A stretch of 62,536 nt of DNA from a virus: the UHGV virus genome UHGV-0020642; one strand, given 5' to 3'. Below the pieces are notes generated by a model. That model made no database searches, had not been told where the DNA came from, and saw nothing but the letters and a program-made list of their open reading frames with translations. Shown here piece by piece: positions 50,117 to 60,455 of the stretch. Each line of letters starts with the position of its first letter. Within the stretch, counting starts at the first letter, position 1. The position numbers were made by a program, and so were the translations under genes.

Positions 50117-50527
50117 TTAGTTTTTTACTTCGTCAACCAATTCATCCAAAGAATCAGCGAAACCACTAATTTCACGAATTTGTTCAGACAATACTTGAAT
50201 TTCGCCAGCTAACAAAAATTTATTAAGTAATTGTTCTGGTGTTGTGCAACCTGCCTGTTGAATTAACTCTGCATTTCTAAAATTAGGTTCAACTGTATGG
50301 TTTAAGATTACAAGTTGATTAAATCTTTTAGCATTAAAATCAATTTTTCCTGCTTTTTTAGGTACTAAACATTGATTTTGGTATTCAAGGTATTGCTCAT
50401 TTAACATAGGTTTTACCTTAAATTTTAAAAGATTTCCTTCTGCATCTTTAATTCTTTTAGACACGATTACCTCTTTTTCAATTGTGTTTACTGGGTTAGC
50501 AAGTAAAAAATCTGTTAGTGCTGTCAT
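50117..50527 (-). CDS. tail assembly chaperone (XkdN-like)
   Basis: 136 aa between the tube and tape-measure genes. Confidence 0.5.
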   Translation of the reverse strand: MTALTDFLLANPVNTIEKEVIVSKRIKDAEGNLLKFKVKPMLNEQYLEYQNQCLVPKKAGKIDFNAKRFNQLVILNHTVEPNFRNAELIQQAGCTTPEQLLNKFLLAGEIQVLSEQIREISGFADSLDELVDEVKN

Positions 50528-50542
50528 CTTTTTCTCCTTTCA

Positions 50543-51004
50543 TTATCTAAGATTTTCTGGAATCTCAAACGATTCAAGGACCTCAGCACCCGTGAATGAG
50601 AAATTCATATTCTCGTCCATTACCTGCGACTCAGTATCAAATTTTGCAAGAATGGTTGAATCTAGGTTTACATCATAAAGGACTATCGTTTGTGACCCGA
50701 TTGTACTTGTCTTATCATTATTTGTAATAACTAAATCAAAGAACAAATCTTTACCTGTTTTAATATATTCAACAGCAAGCTCTCTAAATATAGAGGAGCA
50801 ATAGTAAACTGACATTGAGCCGGTTCCTTCCCAGCCAACTGTTTTCTTTTGCTTAACTCTATTACCTAAAGTTCTTACATCTATTTTTTCTTTGTTGAAT
50901 GTTGCTTCAACTGACTTAGCGAAAAACAAATCTACAACTGTACCATTTACATTCATGGTAGCTGTTGCTTCTTGTCCGCTAATAACATCCATAGCCTTAA
51001 GCAT
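50543..51004 (-). CDS. tail tube protein (XkdM-like)
   Basis: 153 aa immediately downstream of the sheath gene. Confidence 0.6.
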   Translation of the reverse strand: MLKAMDVISGQEATATMNVNGTVVDLFFAKSVEATFNKEKIDVRTLGNRVKQKKTVGWEGTGSMSVYYCSSIFRELAVEYIKTGKDLFFDLVITNNDKTSTIGSQTIVLYDVNLDSTILAKFDTESQVMDENMNFSFTGAEVLESFEIPENLR

Positions 51005-51022
51005 TTTAAAATCCTCCTATTA

Positions 51023-52387
51023 TTAAGTATCTTTTCTACCAACAGTAAATGTCATGTATAGTTTTTCCATAGAATCTACTGGTTGTACTGGCCAATTAAC
51101 TACAACGGCGTCAACGGCATCACCCATCAATACCTCAATATCATCAGCACCTAAGAAATTAGTAATAGCATGAATGCCTTGTAAAATATTACCATAGGCG
51201 ATTAAATCTGCTTTGTATATATTTCTACCGTCGCTATCATTGTCTAATTTACCACAATAGCTTTCGTCCCAAGTGCTTTCACAAGTATTACCCATTTCGT
51301 CCAAAACACGAATAACTCTGTTTTTAGAGAAATCATAACTTCTTTTTGTTGTGAATGTATGTAAAGTATTGATATCTTTTTCTACTCTAATTGTGCCTTT
51401 ACGAGATTTAGAAATAACAAATTTTCCTGCATTCAAAGCATCAATTATCTGTGTATTGGTTAATTCACCTATAATTTCTACGGCATCTTGTATTGTTTTG
51501 TGAGTGTTAGATTCGTTGATTTCAGCACCTGCACAAGCACCAGTTACCCAAGCTACAAAATTAACCTTAGAAATTTCTTCAGCTTCTGTTTTATAACCTT
51601 GGTTACTAGATACAATACCTTCGTAGTCGTAAGTTGCTTTATCATATACACAACCTTGAACCTTAACACCTTCATTTTCTCTAAGGTCTTTAATGTATTC
51701 GCAGAAAGCAGTTTTAACAGTTGCGTCTTCACTTAATAGACCCATCGTATTCCAGGTTTCTGTTTTCATCTTAGCCCAGTAATCTGTATAAGCAGTATTT
51801 TCAGTTACCGTTCCATTTGTGCCACCTGTGAAAGTTGCACCAGCTGAAGCTGTGAATACTGTTTGTTCTGTAACATTCCAATCTACAAAATCGTTATCTT
51901 GTAGCTCGGAAGGTGCTGTTAATTTAGATTGAATATCTTTTCTTAAACCATCATATAAAGTTTCTACTGTATATGTTGAGCCTGCTTCGTCGTCTTTAAC
52001 AACTACAACCTTAATTTTATTACCACAAATACCAGGATATTTTGCAGTAGGTTTTAAAGCTGTTTCAGATGTCCCGATAGTTACTTTTGCTTTTTCACCG
52101 CCTTTGTCAGTTCTCCAAGCTTTCAATCTATAACAGTTTTGTAAACAAATTCTGAAAATTAAAGATTCAACATCTGTTGCTGAATAACCAATTTTTGCAA
52201 TACTAGAACCGTCTGTTAAATCTGAACTTAAAATATCAATTATTTCTCCTTCAGGTCCCCAAGACATAGGTAAAGCAAGTGTGGCTATACCTCTATCACT
52301 TACGTTCATTAGAGATTGAGGCTTTGCGACAAAATTGATGTAGGCACCAGGTCTTACCTTATTTTGTACTAAAAAAGTTCCACCCAT
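51023..52387 (-). CDS. contractile tail sheath protein
   Basis: 454 aa; N-terminal ...VRPGAYINF resembles the sheath-protein N-terminus; gene order sheath-tube-chaperone-tape measure. Confidence 0.75.
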   Translation of the reverse strand: MGGTFLVQNKVRPGAYINFVAKPQSLMNVSDRGIATLALPMSWGPEGEIIDILSSDLTDGSSIAKIGYSATDVESLIFRICLQNCYRLKAWRTDKGGEKAKVTIGTSETALKPTAKYPGICGNKIKVVVVKDDEAGSTYTVETLYDGLRKDIQSKLTAPSELQDNDFVDWNVTEQTVFTASAGATFTGGTNGTVTENTAYTDYWAKMKTETWNTMGLLSEDATVKTAFCEYIKDLRENEGVKVQGCVYDKATYDYEGIVSSNQGYKTEAEEISKVNFVAWVTGACAGAEINESNTHKTIQDAVEIIGELTNTQIIDALNAGKFVISKSRKGTIRVEKDINTLHTFTTKRSYDFSKNRVIRVLDEMGNTCESTWDESYCGKLDNDSDGRNIYKADLIAYGNILQGIHAITNFLGADDIEVLMGDAVDAVVVNWPVQPVDSMEKLYMTFTVGRKDT

Positions 52388-52398
52388 ATTGTTTCTCC

Positions 52399-52854
52399 TT
52401 ATTTTTTGTAAACATTGACTTTATTTGTCATTTGTTTTGGTACTAATTCTTTTTCTCTTGCGACCTTGATATTATAATTGATATAAAATTCAAGTTTTTG
52501 ATTATCTGGATACCAGTTTATATTAGTCCCTCTTAACAAATCTCCATTTGGCAAAGTTATAAGTTCTAAAATATTTGAAAGTTTATAACCTATTTCATTT
52601 GAATCTGTATAGGAAGTTTCTGGTAATTCCTTATACTGATATAATACACTAATAATGAAAGATTGTAAATAGTTCCCTCTCATTAGTTTCTTTTGTGAAA
52701 AATCCTCGCATAATACCATAAAATATGGATAATCGCAACCTTGATTTATAAGTTCACTATAAATGTCAATATTAGGAAATGCACCGTGAATCTTACGAAT
52801 CACGGAATTTAAAATTGTATTCCCTTCCATTGTTAATTTTTGTGACATTACCAA
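52399..52854 (-). CDS. tail completion / head-tail joining protein, putative
   Basis: 151 aa between the head and tail modules. Confidence 0.35.
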   Translation of the reverse strand: MVMSQKLTMEGNTILNSVIRKIHGAFPNIDIYSELINQGCDYPYFMVLCEDFSQKKLMRGNYLQSFIISVLYQYKELPETSYTDSNEIGYKLSNILELITLPNGDLLRGTNINWYPDNQKLEFYINYNIKVAREKELVPKQMTNKVNVYKK

Positions 52855-53387
52855 TGAGCCTCCATAACACTTGACATTTCTTTTTCTGTTGCCAATTCTG
52901 GCCTTAATTGATATAAATGATATAATTGTTCATATATAACTTGTTTGTATATAGGGTTTATTTTATTTCTAATAATTCTAAGCTGTTTCGTATAGAATTT
53001 CGTGCGTTTATCTACAAAAGGCATATATCTTTTAAGATTGTGGCGTCCAACCCTCTTCTTCTTGCGATGAACACGCCCCTCTTTGACATCTTTAAGCCTT
53101 GCTTGTTCGCCTACTGTTGCTGTATTGTTTAGATATACCGACCAAACTCTACCTGTATGCGTATTTAAGTAAAGTTTAGGTAATACCCAACTTTTCTTCA
53201 ATAGACCGGTATCCTTTGGGTGTGTAGGTAAAGATTCAAGTCTTTGTTTTAATTCTTTATCTAGCCTAATAGTTACTTCTCTCATGATATACTTAGATAC
53301 AAATTGCTCATTTGACAAGACTCTATATCTTGCCACCATTCCTTGTAATGTTTCATTTGGTATATTAATTTTATTTACCATTAGCAA
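52848..53387 (-). CDS. head-tail joining protein, putative
   Basis: 179-aa basic protein located between the capsid and sheath genes. Confidence 0.35.
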   Translation of the reverse strand: MLMVNKINIPNETLQGMVARYRVLSNEQFVSKYIMREVTIRLDKELKQRLESLPTHPKDTGLLKKSWVLPKLYLNTHTGRVWSVYLNNTATVGEQARLKDVKEGRVHRKKKRVGRHNLKRYMPFVDKRTKFYTKQLRIIRNKINPIYKQVIYEQLYHLYQLRPELATEKEMSSVMEAHW

Positions 53388-53779
53388 TTACCTCTAGTAT
53401 CTAAAAGTATTTCTTGGTGTGATAAACAAACTTGAGGAAGTCCGCATTGGCCTTTATACTCAGCAATTACTTCTTTTGTTACATCATCAAATCTTCTAAC
53501 TTCGAAATAATAACCAGGCTTAATTTTATACTCAACTTCTATAAAAATTTTAGGTTGTTTTTCATAAGGTGTAACATCAACCATTTTATGTGAAAAGGTA
53601 TCCCAAGTTCTCAAAGAAAAAGATACTTTACAAGGCACATCTAAATACTTAGGAACTTTTTGCTTCTTAGTTTTAGTTGCACCATTGTCATCTACTTCTT
53701 TTTTAAATTCATAAATATCGCATTTGTCTTTATACATTAACTTTTTATGAATTTTTTGTACTGTTTTAAAATTTACCAT
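53381..53779 (-). CDS. head-tail adaptor, putative
   Basis: 132 aa, same position argument. Confidence 0.35.
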   Translation of the reverse strand: MVNFKTVQKIHKKLMYKDKCDIYEFKKEVDDNGATKTKKQKVPKYLDVPCKVSFSLRTWDTFSHKMVDVTPYEKQPKIFIEVEYKIKPGYYFEVRRFDDVTKEVIAEYKGQCGLPQVCLSHQEILLDTRGNC

Positions 53780-54189
53780 TTCAATAACCTATATTTATCA
53801 AGTTGTATCTTATAGTTATATAACAAAGAATCTACATCTGCTGTATGAGCCCCTGTTACTGTTTTAGTTGTAGCAAATTTTATTTGAGTATCACCATCAG
53901 TAATAGAAGCAACTGCCCCAATGCCTGTATCTGCTAGTTGGTCATTATCTATATTTCCATTCATTGCCTGTGATTTCAATAAATCCATACACATATTGAC
54001 AAACACAAATTTTAATGGCATTGGAACATAACTTCTATTTATATAATTCGTGATAACTGATTCTGTTTCGTCTATAAAGCTGTTCAACAAAGCACTACCT
54101 ATAGGTTTATCGCCAAGTCTATTTTGAATTGTTTCATAAACCCATGATTTATCCACTTCGTCATATACAGGACGTCTACCATCTCGCAT
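53773..54189 (-). CDS. head-tail connector / head completion protein, putative
   Basis: 138 aa, same position argument. Confidence 0.4.
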   Translation of the reverse strand: MRDGRRPVYDEVDKSWVYETIQNRLGDKPIGSALLNSFIDETESVITNYINRSYVPMPLKFVFVNMCMDLLKSQAMNGNIDNDQLADTGIGAVASITDGDTQIKFATTKTVTGAHTADVDSLLYNYKIQLDKYRLLKW

Positions 54190-54386
54190 TATACATCCTC
54201 ATTCTTTTTTGACTTAGTTTTTTCAGTGTTAAACGCCCAGGCTCCAAGAGATTGAAATCTCTTGAAGTCGGACGAGTCGCAATTGAATTTCGTGTGTGCT
54301 TTCTTTATTTCACCTTTATATTTTACATCTACTGGTACGATTATTAACATAATTTCTCCTTTATTATAAAAGAAGAGAGGCAACAT
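54189..54386 (-). CDS. hypothetical small protein
   Basis: 65 aa immediately downstream of the major capsid gene. Confidence 0.25.
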   Translation of the reverse strand: MLPLFFYNKGEIMLIIVPVDVKYKGEIKKAHTKFNCDSSDFKRFQSLGAWAFNTEKTKSKKNEDV

Positions 54387-54399
54387 AAAGCTACCTCTC
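54361..54399 (-). terminator. terminator-like hairpin downstream of the major capsid gene
   Basis: Minus-strand RNA reads GGAGAGG-loop-CCUCUC followed by UUCUUUUAU. This would be a partial terminator after the highly expressed capsid gene. Confidence 0.4.
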
Positions 54400-54415
54400 C
54401 CAAGAATAGCTGAAA

Positions 54416-55483
54416 CTATTTTACAACTTTTAGAACAAATACATCGCCCATTCTTTCAAAAGAAGGAAGAACGATTTGAGAAACAGATGTAATAATGTTT
54501 ACTGGCAATGATTCTTTTTTATTAAGAATTGCAACGCCTGTATTAACAATTTCAACATCTGCATCTTTATTACCTGCCATCAAATCAGCTTCTTCAGGTG
54601 TTGTACCATACCAAGTATTACCTAAAGTACCGTCTGGCAAGAATGTTACATAGTTGTCAGGATAGAATTGATGGTCAGCTTGAGCTTCATCTTTGTACAT
54701 CTTATCGTATGTAACAAAAGTAATACCCAATTTTTCAACCATATATTTCTTAACATCTGCGTCACTAATAATGATATTTTGATAACCAACTGGATTCATA
54801 TCTTTTTTAATTGCTTCGTTTTTGCAAATATAATTCCAAGTTTTAGTCGTACAGATTGCACGAGTTAGAGTAATACCTCTAGCTTGAGCATCTTTTTTAA
54901 TTACTAAAATATCACCATAGATGTCAGCGGTAGGGTCAGACCAGTTAGTTGCTACTGTATCTGTATTAGATTCTACCCATTCGCCTTCTGGGTCATAATT
55001 GTATTTATAATTTACAACAATACCAGATTTATCAGGTGCAGAAATATCAATTGTACCATCAACCAACAAAGACATTCTCATTCTTTCTGATTGTACTAAT
55101 GCACCTGCTACCAAGTTAGCTCTATCATCAAAGATGTTAGTCATCAACTGTTTAGCATAGGTATTATTTGACATTTCTTGGAACATCAACAACTGTTGTC
55201 TATCTTCTTCGTTCAATGACATTGATTCTCTGAAGAATGGCATTTTAGTTGAGAAGTCTTTAACACCAATTCTACCTCTTACAGTAGGTTTTGTATCGAA
55301 AGCTGATGGCATCAATGCAATCGGCAATGAACGATAACCTTTTAAGAACTCTAATTTAAGTCCTAATTTTTTTCTATCCGGAAACAAAGCTGTACCAAGA
55401 TATGGAATGGAGTTTGAATAAATTTCATTCCAATACAAAGCCATTGCTTTTGAATCCACTAAATCGTAAATATTTTTAAACAT
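54416..55483 (-). CDS. major capsid protein (lambda gpE-like fold, inferred)
   Basis: 355 aa, downstream of the scaffold and decoration genes; N-terminal MFKNIYDLVDSKAMALYWNE resembles the Phage_cap_E family. Confidence 0.6.
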   Translation of the reverse strand: MFKNIYDLVDSKAMALYWNEIYSNSIPYLGTALFPDRKKLGLKLEFLKGYRSLPIALMPSAFDTKPTVRGRIGVKDFSTKMPFFRESMSLNEEDRQQLLMFQEMSNNTYAKQLMTNIFDDRANLVAGALVQSERMRMSLLVDGTIDISAPDKSGIVVNYKYNYDPEGEWVESNTDTVATNWSDPTADIYGDILVIKKDAQARGITLTRAICTTKTWNYICKNEAIKKDMNPVGYQNIIISDADVKKYMVEKLGITFVTYDKMYKDEAQADHQFYPDNYVTFLPDGTLGNTWYGTTPEEADLMAGNKDADVEIVNTGVAILNKKESLPVNIITSVSQIVLPSFERMGDVFVLKVVK

Positions 55484-55495
55484 TTCTATCTCCTT

Positions 55496-56158
55496 CTAGT
55501 CACCAGCAACTGTAATCGTAATTTCATTTGATTCTACACCATTAACAACTGCGGCCGCCTTGGCTTTGATTTTAAGAGGTCCTGCTACCGCTGTACCTGT
55601 GAATGCCATTTTAACAGTTTTGTCATCAACTCTTGTGATTGTGCCAACTGTTAGAGCTGTTGTACCTGGTGTAATTACATAATTAGCAGGTTTTTGAGAA
55701 GCTTGTTTAGGAGCAAAATCTGTTCCTTCAAGATTCAACATAACAACAGGGTCTTTATCACCTACTGCGATAGTAGCATCAGTTTTAATTGTAGTAGTAT
55801 CTGCAATAGTTCCACCTAATGGATAGAAGAAAATACCACCTTTTACAGCATTTTTACAAGCCTGAGAATAAGTGATGCCTGTATTTTCTTCCGCTTTTGC
55901 TGTATTAATATGACCTCTAACTAATACAGCACCATTTTGGTCACCGTTTGTTACGTCTAAGTCATTCAATACAATACCTGTACAGTTTCCATCATTAGAA
56001 GGGAATGGAGTTCCTGCTTTAATGATGTAACGTCCATTTTCTTTCTTTGCCAAGGAAGATTGTTCATCAAAAAACTGAGGTCTAGCTACATAGTCATCAG
56101 GAAATTGAAGAATTACTTTCTTTGACGCATAAGTATTGGTAACTGATTCCATTGTCAT
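55496..56158 (-). CDS. capsid decoration / Ig-like domain protein
   Basis: 220 aa, T/G/V-rich beta repeats ending ...NGVESNEITITVAGD (BIG-like), between the scaffold and major capsid genes. Confidence 0.4.
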   Translation of the reverse strand: MTMESVTNTYASKKVILQFPDDYVARPQFFDEQSSLAKKENGRYIIKAGTPFPSNDGNCTGIVLNDLDVTNGDQNGAVLVRGHINTAKAEENTGITYSQACKNAVKGGIFFYPLGGTIADTTTIKTDATIAVGDKDPVVMLNLEGTDFAPKQASQKPANYVITPGTTALTVGTITRVDDKTVKMAFTGTAVAGPLKIKAKAAAVVNGVESNEITITVAGD

Positions 56159-56172
56159 AAGTTTTTCTCCTT

Positions 56173-56823
56173 TTATTTTGTACCAAAGTAGTAATCACTT
56201 GCGTTTTTTGTACTTTCAGAAATTGCTTTATTATCTGCTAAAAGAGAATTTACAAAGTTTTCTGAAATTGATTTTGAATTTTGGTTTTGGCTGTCTTTAG
56301 GGTCGCCACCCTTAAAGTTCCAGCCATCTTGTTTCTTACCGTTATCACTATCTCCATTGTCAGCAACAAATAATAAAGCCTTATCTTTTTTAATCTTTTC
56401 AATTTGTTCGTCCAATCCGGAAACAGTACCATCATCTTTGAGGATAATTAGTTGCTTGTCGATTAAACCTCTAACAATATCATTGTAACCTTCTTGTACT
56501 TTACCATTTAAAGCAAAATCAACAGCATTATCAATTTTTAGTTGTTTAATTGCTTTTTGGTTTTCTTCGTCTTTTTCTTTGTTAGCTTTTTCCAATTCTT
56601 CAATTTTTGTTTTTAATGAAGCATTGTCACCTTCAAATTTAGAAAGTTCTTTGATTTGTTTGTCCCTTGCAGAAATATCATCTGTAAGTTGTTTGTTCTT
56701 TTCGTTTACTTCATCAAATCTAAATTTTGGGATGAATTTATCGTTGATACCTTCTTTAACGACTTTATCAACTTGCTCATCTGTCAAACCTAATTCTTTG
56801 AGAAGCTTTTTCAAGTTTTCCAT
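56173..56823 (-). CDS. scaffolding protein
   Basis: 216 aa, K/E-rich coiled coil, between the portal and capsid genes. Confidence 0.6.
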   Translation of the reverse strand: MENLKKLLKELGLTDEQVDKVVKEGINDKFIPKFRFDEVNEKNKQLTDDISARDKQIKELSKFEGDNASLKTKIEELEKANKEKDEENQKAIKQLKIDNAVDFALNGKVQEGYNDIVRGLIDKQLIILKDDGTVSGLDEQIEKIKKDKALLFVADNGDSDNGKKQDGWNFKGGDPKDSQNQNSKSISENFVNSLLADNKAISESTKNASDYYFGTK

Positions 56824-56912
56824 TTTTCCTCCTCGCTTTTTTACATGATGCGTCCATGATTAACTACACTAATTATTATATATTATTATATGAATAATTG
56901 CAATACGATTGA

Positions 56913-58424
56913 TTAAGATTTATTACTCGAATTATTAGTTGAATACTTTTTAGTGATTTGAGCTGTCTTGTCAGCAATTATCAAATCCTGTTCCATTTTC
57001 TTTTTAGTATCAGCATCAATATTTCTAATTTCTTGTTCAGTATTTTTAACCCAAGGATGATTTTCAAGTAAAGTTTTTTGACTTATCATATCCTTAGATA
57101 CTGCTAAATTATTAATAAGCTCTGTTTCGTTAAGAATTACAGCTGTATTAAATAAGAAATTACTATTTTCATCATTATAGCTTTCACCTTGACGTTCTAA
57201 ATCTCTATTTATAAACCACTGTAATTGACGTAGAGAATATTTATATTGTCTAGCCATTTCAGAACAGTCCATATCCAAGTCAGCATATTGAAAACGAAGT
57301 GCAACACCTGAAACATCTCTCAACTCTTTATTTACAGTATCAACACCGCCACCGAATTCAAATATATCTTTTCTTAATCTAGTTAAGTGAACATCAACTT
57401 CATCAACATTGGTGGGTGTTTCTAATGTAGATACATCTCCACCTTCTCCTACAAATATTGAGCGGAAGAAGTTTAAGTTCTTTGTGAATTCTTCTTTATC
57501 ATTGTCTTCGTAACCCTTAACTACCTTTATGGCATTTGGAATGTCTTGTAAGTTATTAGATACATCGCTAGTATTTGTATCGTAATCATCAATTAGAGGT
57601 TTAATCCAATTTATTAAACTAACTTCGTCTCTATTATATTTAAAAGCTATAAAAGGAACTCTATCCCAAATTGCCCAAGTTTCATTTCCATCTGCATCAA
57701 CTACTTTAAAATGACCTTCGCCCTCAGTATCAGTTAATGGATAAATTTGTCCGCCTGCTTTAAGACGTTTATATTTCCATACGCCTTCTTTGGTATAATA
57801 TTCTATAAACTCGTAAATTTTCTTTTCAGGGGCTTTTGTTGAATATTCTTCAATATCATAAATTCTAATAACAGCATCCAATTCTTTATGTTCGCTGTCA
57901 TGCCAGAATGGTATTATTTCCTGAGATGGAATATGTTTAAATTTTAGCTTGCCTTCTTCGTTATAATAAGCCTGCATCCAAGCAATACCCTTAATTACAG
58001 AAGAACTACCTACATTGATGAGACTTAATCTAAAACTATCATTAAAATATCTAGATAATTGTTGAACATATTTTTCATCGCCTTGTATAGTAAATTCTTT
58101 AGAAAGAAGATAATTGATTTTTTGATTTACTAATTTACGCATGAATGGGTGAGGTAATCTATTATTTGTTAATAAACTACACATAACAGGTTGACCTTGC
58201 CTATCAATATAATATCTTTGTCTTTCACAAATATCATTATTGTTAAAGAAATATTTTTCCCCAATTTTCATATTCTTGAAAACTAAGCTATCGCGGTATT
58301 CTTTAATACATTGAATAAGAAAATCTTCTTGTGGTTTTCCATAATTTGAAACAAGAGCTACTCTTAAATCTATTGGTAAATTTGGTTCACACATTCCTTC
58401 AGGAACTTTAAATAAAACTGACAT
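56913..58424 (-). CDS. portal protein
   Basis: About 500 aa, immediately downstream of TerL. The track start (TTG, 58427) is replaced by the ATG at 58424, which has an AAGGAGA RBS. Confidence 0.75.
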   Translation of the reverse strand: MSVLFKVPEGMCEPNLPIDLRVALVSNYGKPQEDFLIQCIKEYRDSLVFKNMKIGEKYFFNNNDICERQRYYIDRQGQPVMCSLLTNNRLPHPFMRKLVNQKINYLLSKEFTIQGDEKYVQQLSRYFNDSFRLSLINVGSSSVIKGIAWMQAYYNEEGKLKFKHIPSQEIIPFWHDSEHKELDAVIRIYDIEEYSTKAPEKKIYEFIEYYTKEGVWKYKRLKAGGQIYPLTDTEGEGHFKVVDADGNETWAIWDRVPFIAFKYNRDEVSLINWIKPLIDDYDTNTSDVSNNLQDIPNAIKVVKGYEDNDKEEFTKNLNFFRSIFVGEGGDVSTLETPTNVDEVDVHLTRLRKDIFEFGGGVDTVNKELRDVSGVALRFQYADLDMDCSEMARQYKYSLRQLQWFINRDLERQGESYNDENSNFLFNTAVILNETELINNLAVSKDMISQKTLLENHPWVKNTEQEIRNIDADTKKKMEQDLIIADKTAQITKKYSTNNSSNKS

Positions 58425-58483
58425 CAATAATCTCCTTTATTTTATTATATATAATTATTGAATAAATAGCAAGTAATTTGAAA

Positions 58484-59731
58484 TTACCAGCTAAATTTCT
58501 TAATCGTCATCTCTTCTGAGCCATATCTCATAGCGTCCATTAAGTGGTTATAATCGTCAATTGGTTTATTAGTTATCAATCCGTCCTTAACGTCCCAAGC
58601 ATAGTTATTTAATTCTATAATAGTATTGGTGCAAGTTGGATGAACAATTAATTGGTAATCTTGTAGCCTGCGAATGCCTGCTTTTAAAGAATCAGCTCCT
58701 TTTTTGCAAGGATAAATTCTAGAAATACCATAATCTCTAAGTTCTTTAATGGATTTTGGCTCTGCACAATCTGCTTTTATTTTAGCATTTGCCCAACCTT
58801 TGTATTTAATTTGTTCAGCAAGCTCTGAATTTGTTAAATGTAATTTATAAATTTCATCATAAATATATAATACCTGCTGGTCGCGATTTCCTAGCATGGC
58901 CATCACAGCCGTAGGGTCATTACTAAATCCAAAGTCAAGTCCAAATAGGCGTCTATAAACACGTTGACCGTTGGCATCAGTCATGTGCATAATTTTAGCG
59001 ATATCAAAGTCTTCCAAAGTCCAATTTTCGTAAATAAGCCCTTCAGAAATACCCCATTCTCCAAGTCCTTCGATTTTATAGCGACGAGGATTTCTAATTT
59101 TCATGTTTTCAAATAGTTGCCTATCGTCATCGCCTAAAAATTCGTTTTGCATATAAGTGGTGGTTATTGCAAAAACATTATCATCTGGAGTATCAAAAAA
59201 TCTTCTCTTTATCCAAGTTTTATCACTCCAGGGGTTGAAAGTCATTGTAATTTGTTTAAAATAACCTTCTGGCATATCGCCTCTAATAGATAAGTCCAGT
59301 TTGTTAAAGGCAGTTTCATCAGTAACCTGAAAAGCTTCCTCTATCCACACCCAGCAAAGAAAGCCAGTTTCAACTGTAATAGATGTGATAGATTCTGCGT
59401 CATCAAAGCCACGGAATAAAATCTTTTGGCCTGTTGGCAGGTAGGTAAGTTCCATAGGTGAGTTAGTGACTTTCCACTTGTCCTTAACGCCCCATTTATT
59501 AATGGCCCATTTTAGCTGAGCAAAGGTAGAATCTTTGTGGGTATTAAAATATCTACGCATTACCAAAGTATTAGCAAGTGGCATGGCCATCATTCTATAA
59601 ATAATATTAAGAGCTGTGGTGCAGGATTTTTTAGAGCCACGTGAGCCTTTACAAATTCGATACCTTTTCTTGCAACGCCAGAAACTACCGTAGCCTCCAC
59701 CAACTGTTTTTAATAAATCGATTTTTGTCAT
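58484..59731 (-). CDS. terminase large subunit
   Basis: 415 aa; an N-terminal ATPase with Walker A (GSRGSKKS) and a C-terminal nuclease-like domain; first gene of the structural operon. Confidence 0.85.
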   Translation of the reverse strand: MTKIDLLKTVGGGYGSFWRCKKRYRICKGSRGSKKSCTTALNIIYRMMAMPLANTLVMRRYFNTHKDSTFAQLKWAINKWGVKDKWKVTNSPMELTYLPTGQKILFRGFDDAESITSITVETGFLCWVWIEEAFQVTDETAFNKLDLSIRGDMPEGYFKQITMTFNPWSDKTWIKRRFFDTPDDNVFAITTTYMQNEFLGDDDRQLFENMKIRNPRRYKIEGLGEWGISEGLIYENWTLEDFDIAKIMHMTDANGQRVYRRLFGLDFGFSNDPTAVMAMLGNRDQQVLYIYDEIYKLHLTNSELAEQIKYKGWANAKIKADCAEPKSIKELRDYGISRIYPCKKGADSLKAGIRRLQDYQLIVHPTCTNTIIELNNYAWDVKDGLITNKPIDDYNHLMDAMRYGSEEMTIKKFSW

Positions 59732-60239
59732 ATTGCGTACTCCGTACTAATATAATAAGATAGAATCTAAAAAATAGCAATAAAAAGCACCAGGGTTGGC
59801 ACTGATGCTTGATTAAACATAAATCAGAGAGTATCTATATTATATTATAGCACTGAAAAACAAGAAGCCGGGTTTCTGTAACATTTGTTTACAATAGAAT
59901 ACTAAAACAAAAAGGTAGAAAGGGATTTTACGCCGAGAAAAATTTCAACTTTCGATTTTATGATTGATTGACTACCACACGTTCAGAAATGAAGATATTC
60001 AGACCGAGAGAAGTTCGAACAGGAGGAATTCGAAAAGAGATTCGGAATGAGAACATCACGATTTGGGGATTTTGGGACCGATTCGGGTATTTTGGGAGAA
60101 AATCGCGTGTGGTACCAAGAATGGCGGATACAGCCATGAGAGGGGCTATCCCGGGTGTTTATATGGAATGACTTTTAACAAATTGGAGTGAATAGTTCGT
60201 ATAATAAGTATGTAAGCAAACAAACAAAGGAAATAAATT

Positions 60240-60455
60240 ATGCAAATTAAATCACTTTATAAAATAGCAATTTTTAACACTAATTTACCAGATTATAAAA
60301 TTAATAAATATTTATTAAGTAATGCTACAACAATCATACCTTCAAATAATAATGCTCAAGCATACAAACTATTTGAAAAATTAAGTTCTCAAAATAATGT
60401 AGTTGTATTATTTAAAAATAATAAATTAGCAATAGCAACAAATAAAAACAAATAA
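60240..60455 (+). CDS. hypothetical protein
   Basis: 71 aa with an AAAGGAAA RBS, divergent from the structural operon. Confidence 0.35.
   Translation: MQIKSLYKIAIFNTNLPDYKINKYLLSNATTIIPSNNNAQAYKLFEKLSSQNNVVVLFKNNKLAIATNKNK

Noticed and set aside
2432-56848. Many 60-100-aa plus-strand ORFs embedded in minus-strand genes (e.g. 5050, 7291, 7690, 10420, 12458, 13243, 14708, 16539, 16579, 21348, 23043, 28692, 29000, 29122, 31028, 33257, 43834, 47830, 50484, 51488, 52926, 54668, 56579) and minus-strand 35003, 56250, 60412
   Set aside because: Each lies fully inside a longer, motif-supported ORF on the opposite strand or in another frame. Their translations are low-complexity (F/L/S/I-rich), typical of AT-rich antisense frames.
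59968-60171. 67-aa plus-strand ORF in the GC-rich region upstream of TerL
   Set aside because: No RBS, odd composition (R/G-rich), and it coincides with the direct-repeat element. More likely a regulatory or packaging DNA element. I also tested it for a tRNA cloverleaf (it contains a GTTCGAA T-loop-like string) and found no acceptor or anticodon stems.
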